A stretch of 64,000 nucleotides of DNA from Felis catus (lineage: Eukaryota). Below, piece by piece: positions 63,964-64,000 of the stretch (the stretch's first letter is position 1; each line of letters opens with the position of its first letter). The stretch is from contig NC_058368.1 of assembly GCF_018350175.1 (NCBI RefSeq), positions 74,402,001 through 74,466,000 of the forward strand, read 5' to 3'. Below the pieces are notes generated by a model. That model was not told where the DNA came from and ran no database searches. It was given only the letters and a program-made list of their open reading frames with translations. The position numbers were made by a program, and so were the translations under genes.

Positions 63964-64000
63964 GGGGCACCTGGCTGGCTCACGTTTAAGCATCCAGTTT
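63964..64000 (+). mobile_element. CAN-SINE 5' end (cut by window edge)
   Basis: ggggcacctggctggctca. Confidence 0.8.

Overview
Mammalian genomic DNA from a felid (cat-family carnivore), judged from about 39 tRNA-derived CAN-SINEs, including young SINEC_Fc-type copies, and carnivore L1 3' ends. The window is AT-rich and intergenic or deep-intronic. I recognise no protein-coding gene, RNA gene, CRISPR array or prokaryotic system. Many entries in the ORF track are SINE read-throughs; the rest look like chance ORFs or come from other repeats. Supported content: CAN-SINEs (many with readable target-site duplications, TSDs), L1/HAL1/L2/MIR fragments, LTRs (MER34-like, an ERV1-like LTR with adjacent internal sequence, LTR41-like, MLT1, MLT2), DNA-transposon relics (Tigger2-like, MER33, MER5) and micro/minisatellites. 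The most interesting observations are structural: (1) a complex local triplication between two tail-to-tail SINEs at 12.9-13.8 kb; (2) a three-part inverted L1 bounded by one TSD inside an LTR41 that keeps a CTCF motif at 32.2-34.3 kb; (3) a palindrome-based AT minisatellite at 29.7-30.3 kb; (4) a SINE-free block with candidate regulatory elements and exon-like segments. Repeat family names come from recalled consensus sequences and were not confirmed by a database search. Boundaries of old elements are approximate.
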